DNA of 40,000 nucleotides from Cricetibacter osteomyelitidis (GTDB taxonomy: Bacteria > Pseudomonadota > Gammaproteobacteria > Enterobacterales > Pasteurellaceae), in contig NZ_SLYB01000002.1 in the NCBI RefSeq assembly GCF_004340985.1, positions 4,082 to 44,081 of the forward strand. The letters run 5' to 3'. Positions 39,110-40,000 of this stretch are shown here, piece after piece; position 1 is the stretch's first letter; each line of letters starts with the position of its first letter. The notes below the pieces were generated by a model, which was given only the letters and a program-made list of their open reading frames with translations, did no database searches and was not told the DNA's origin. The position numbers and the translations under genes were made by a program.

Positions 39110-40000
39110 ATGGCAGACGAAAAGAAAAAAGGCGGTTTTTGGTCGTGGTTGAGCATTGGTAAAAATAAACAAGAAAATCAGCCGAAAGCAAAAACCGAAG
39201 AATTTGTCGAGTTTATCGAACAGGAAATCGAAATAGAAAAAGCCGAGCCGATTGCCGAAACCGAACCGGAAATTGAAAAACAATATGAGCAAGCAAGCGA
39301 ACCGGCATTAGATATTCCCAGCGAAATTACTGAAATTTCCACCGCACTTGATGAATACATCACCGAAAATACTGAACAGCCGGAAGCTGAAATTCTTACT
39401 GCCGAACAACAAGCAGAACAAGAAACCATTCCTAAATCTGCTCAAACCCAAGAAAAACCGAGCGAAGGCGGATTTTTCAGCCGATTGGTGAAAGGGTTAT
39501 TGAAAACCAAACAAAATATCGGCGACGGCTTTCGCGATTTATTTTTCGGCAAAAAAATCGATGATGATTTATTTGATGAACTCGAAGAACAGTTGTTGGT
39601 TGCCGACATCGGTGTGCCAACAACCACCAAAATTATCAATAATTTAACCCAACACGCCAGCCGCAAAGAATTAAAAGATGCGGAATTGTTGTATCAACAA
39701 CTGAAAGTGGAACTGGCGGATATTTTAAAACCCGTAGAACAGCCGCTTGAAATCGACAACAGCAAAAAACCTTATGTGATTTTAATGGTGGGCGTGAACG
39801 GCGTAGGCAAAACCACCACCATCGGTAAATTAGCCCGTCAATTCCAACAACAGGGTAAATCGGTGATGTTGGCCGCGGGCGATACCTTCCGTGCCGCTGC
39901 GGTGGAACAGCTGCAAGTATGGGGCGAACGTAATCATATTCCGGTGGTGGCACAAAGCACCGGTTCCGATTCCGCCTCAGTAATTTTCGATGCCATGCAG
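39110..40000 (+). CDS. ftsY: Signal recognition particle receptor FtsY. The 5' end is complete; the 3' end lies beyond the window.
   Basis: This ORF is not in the track because it has no stop in the window. From the ATG at 39110, 297 codons are open to the window end. An acidic A-domain is followed by FFSRLVKGLLKTKQNIG and the NG domain P-loop ILMVGVNGVGKTTTIGKLA. Confidence 0.93.
   Translation, partial: MADEKKKGGFWSWLSIGKNKQENQPKAKTEEFVEFIEQEIEIEKAEPIAETEPEIEKQYEQASEPALDIPSEITEISTALDEYITENTEQPEAEILTAEQQAEQETIPKSAQTQEKPSEGGFFSRLVKGLLKTKQNIGDGFRDLFFGKKIDDDLFDELEEQLLVADIGVPTTTKIINNLTQHASRKELKDAELLYQQLKVELADILKPVEQPLEIDNSKKPYVILMVGVNGVGKTTTIGKLARQFQQQGKSVMLAAGDTFRAAAVEQLQVWGERNHIPVVAQSTGSDSASVIFDAMQ

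Noticed and set aside
39080-39953. Four minus-strand ORFs (70-105 aa) opposite ftsY
   Set aside because: They are antisense to the acidic, repetitive A-domain and the NG domain of ftsY. The ftsY frame is open for 297 codons and has clear SRP-receptor motifs.

Overview
This window is Pasteurellaceae chromosome. I counted about 38 perfect Hin-type uptake-signal cores (AAGTGCGGT / ACCGCACTT) by eye, roughly 1 per kb. That fits Aggregatibacter, Haemophilus or Pasteurella, but the species cannot be determined from the sequence alone.

About 36 kb is conserved core genome:
- ilvA, a DUF805 membrane protein and proS.
- The str operon (rpsL-rpsG-fusA-tufA) with its usual upstream neighbours yheO-tusDCB, fkpA and slyX.
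- yqhA, rpoH, yhhQ, sdaCA and a low-molecular-weight tyrosine phosphatase.
- A complete Hyf-type (hydrogenase-4 / FHL-2) formate hydrogenlyase locus: hyfABCDEFGHIJ-hycI, a selenocysteine-containing fdhF, an inverted hypA and hypB-hypD-hypE.
- rsmD and the 5' part of ftsY.

The only clearly accessory DNA is the left ~3.3 kb. It holds an orphan type VI secretion spike gene (vgrG). Directly downstream is an ORF missing from the supplied track because it runs off the window edge; it looks like an N-terminally extended DUF4123 adaptor. Upstream of vgrG is a ~450 bp stretch (650 bp to ilvA) of decayed coding remnants.

I found no CRISPR array, tRNA, rRNA, IS element or integrase. I see no convincing evidence for a wholly new multi-gene system inside the window. 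The items most worth follow-up are:
- the truncated T6SS cargo module at the left edge;
- a candidate preQ1-I riboswitch in front of yhhQ;
- the regulator-less, hypC-less organisation of the FHL-2 locus, with FNR-like boxes instead of sigma-54 promoters;
- several perfect palindromes and hairpins in intergenic regions.

Several ORF-track entries are over-extended at the 5' end. I have re-set those starts using ortholog N-termini and Shine-Dalgarno (SD) positions.
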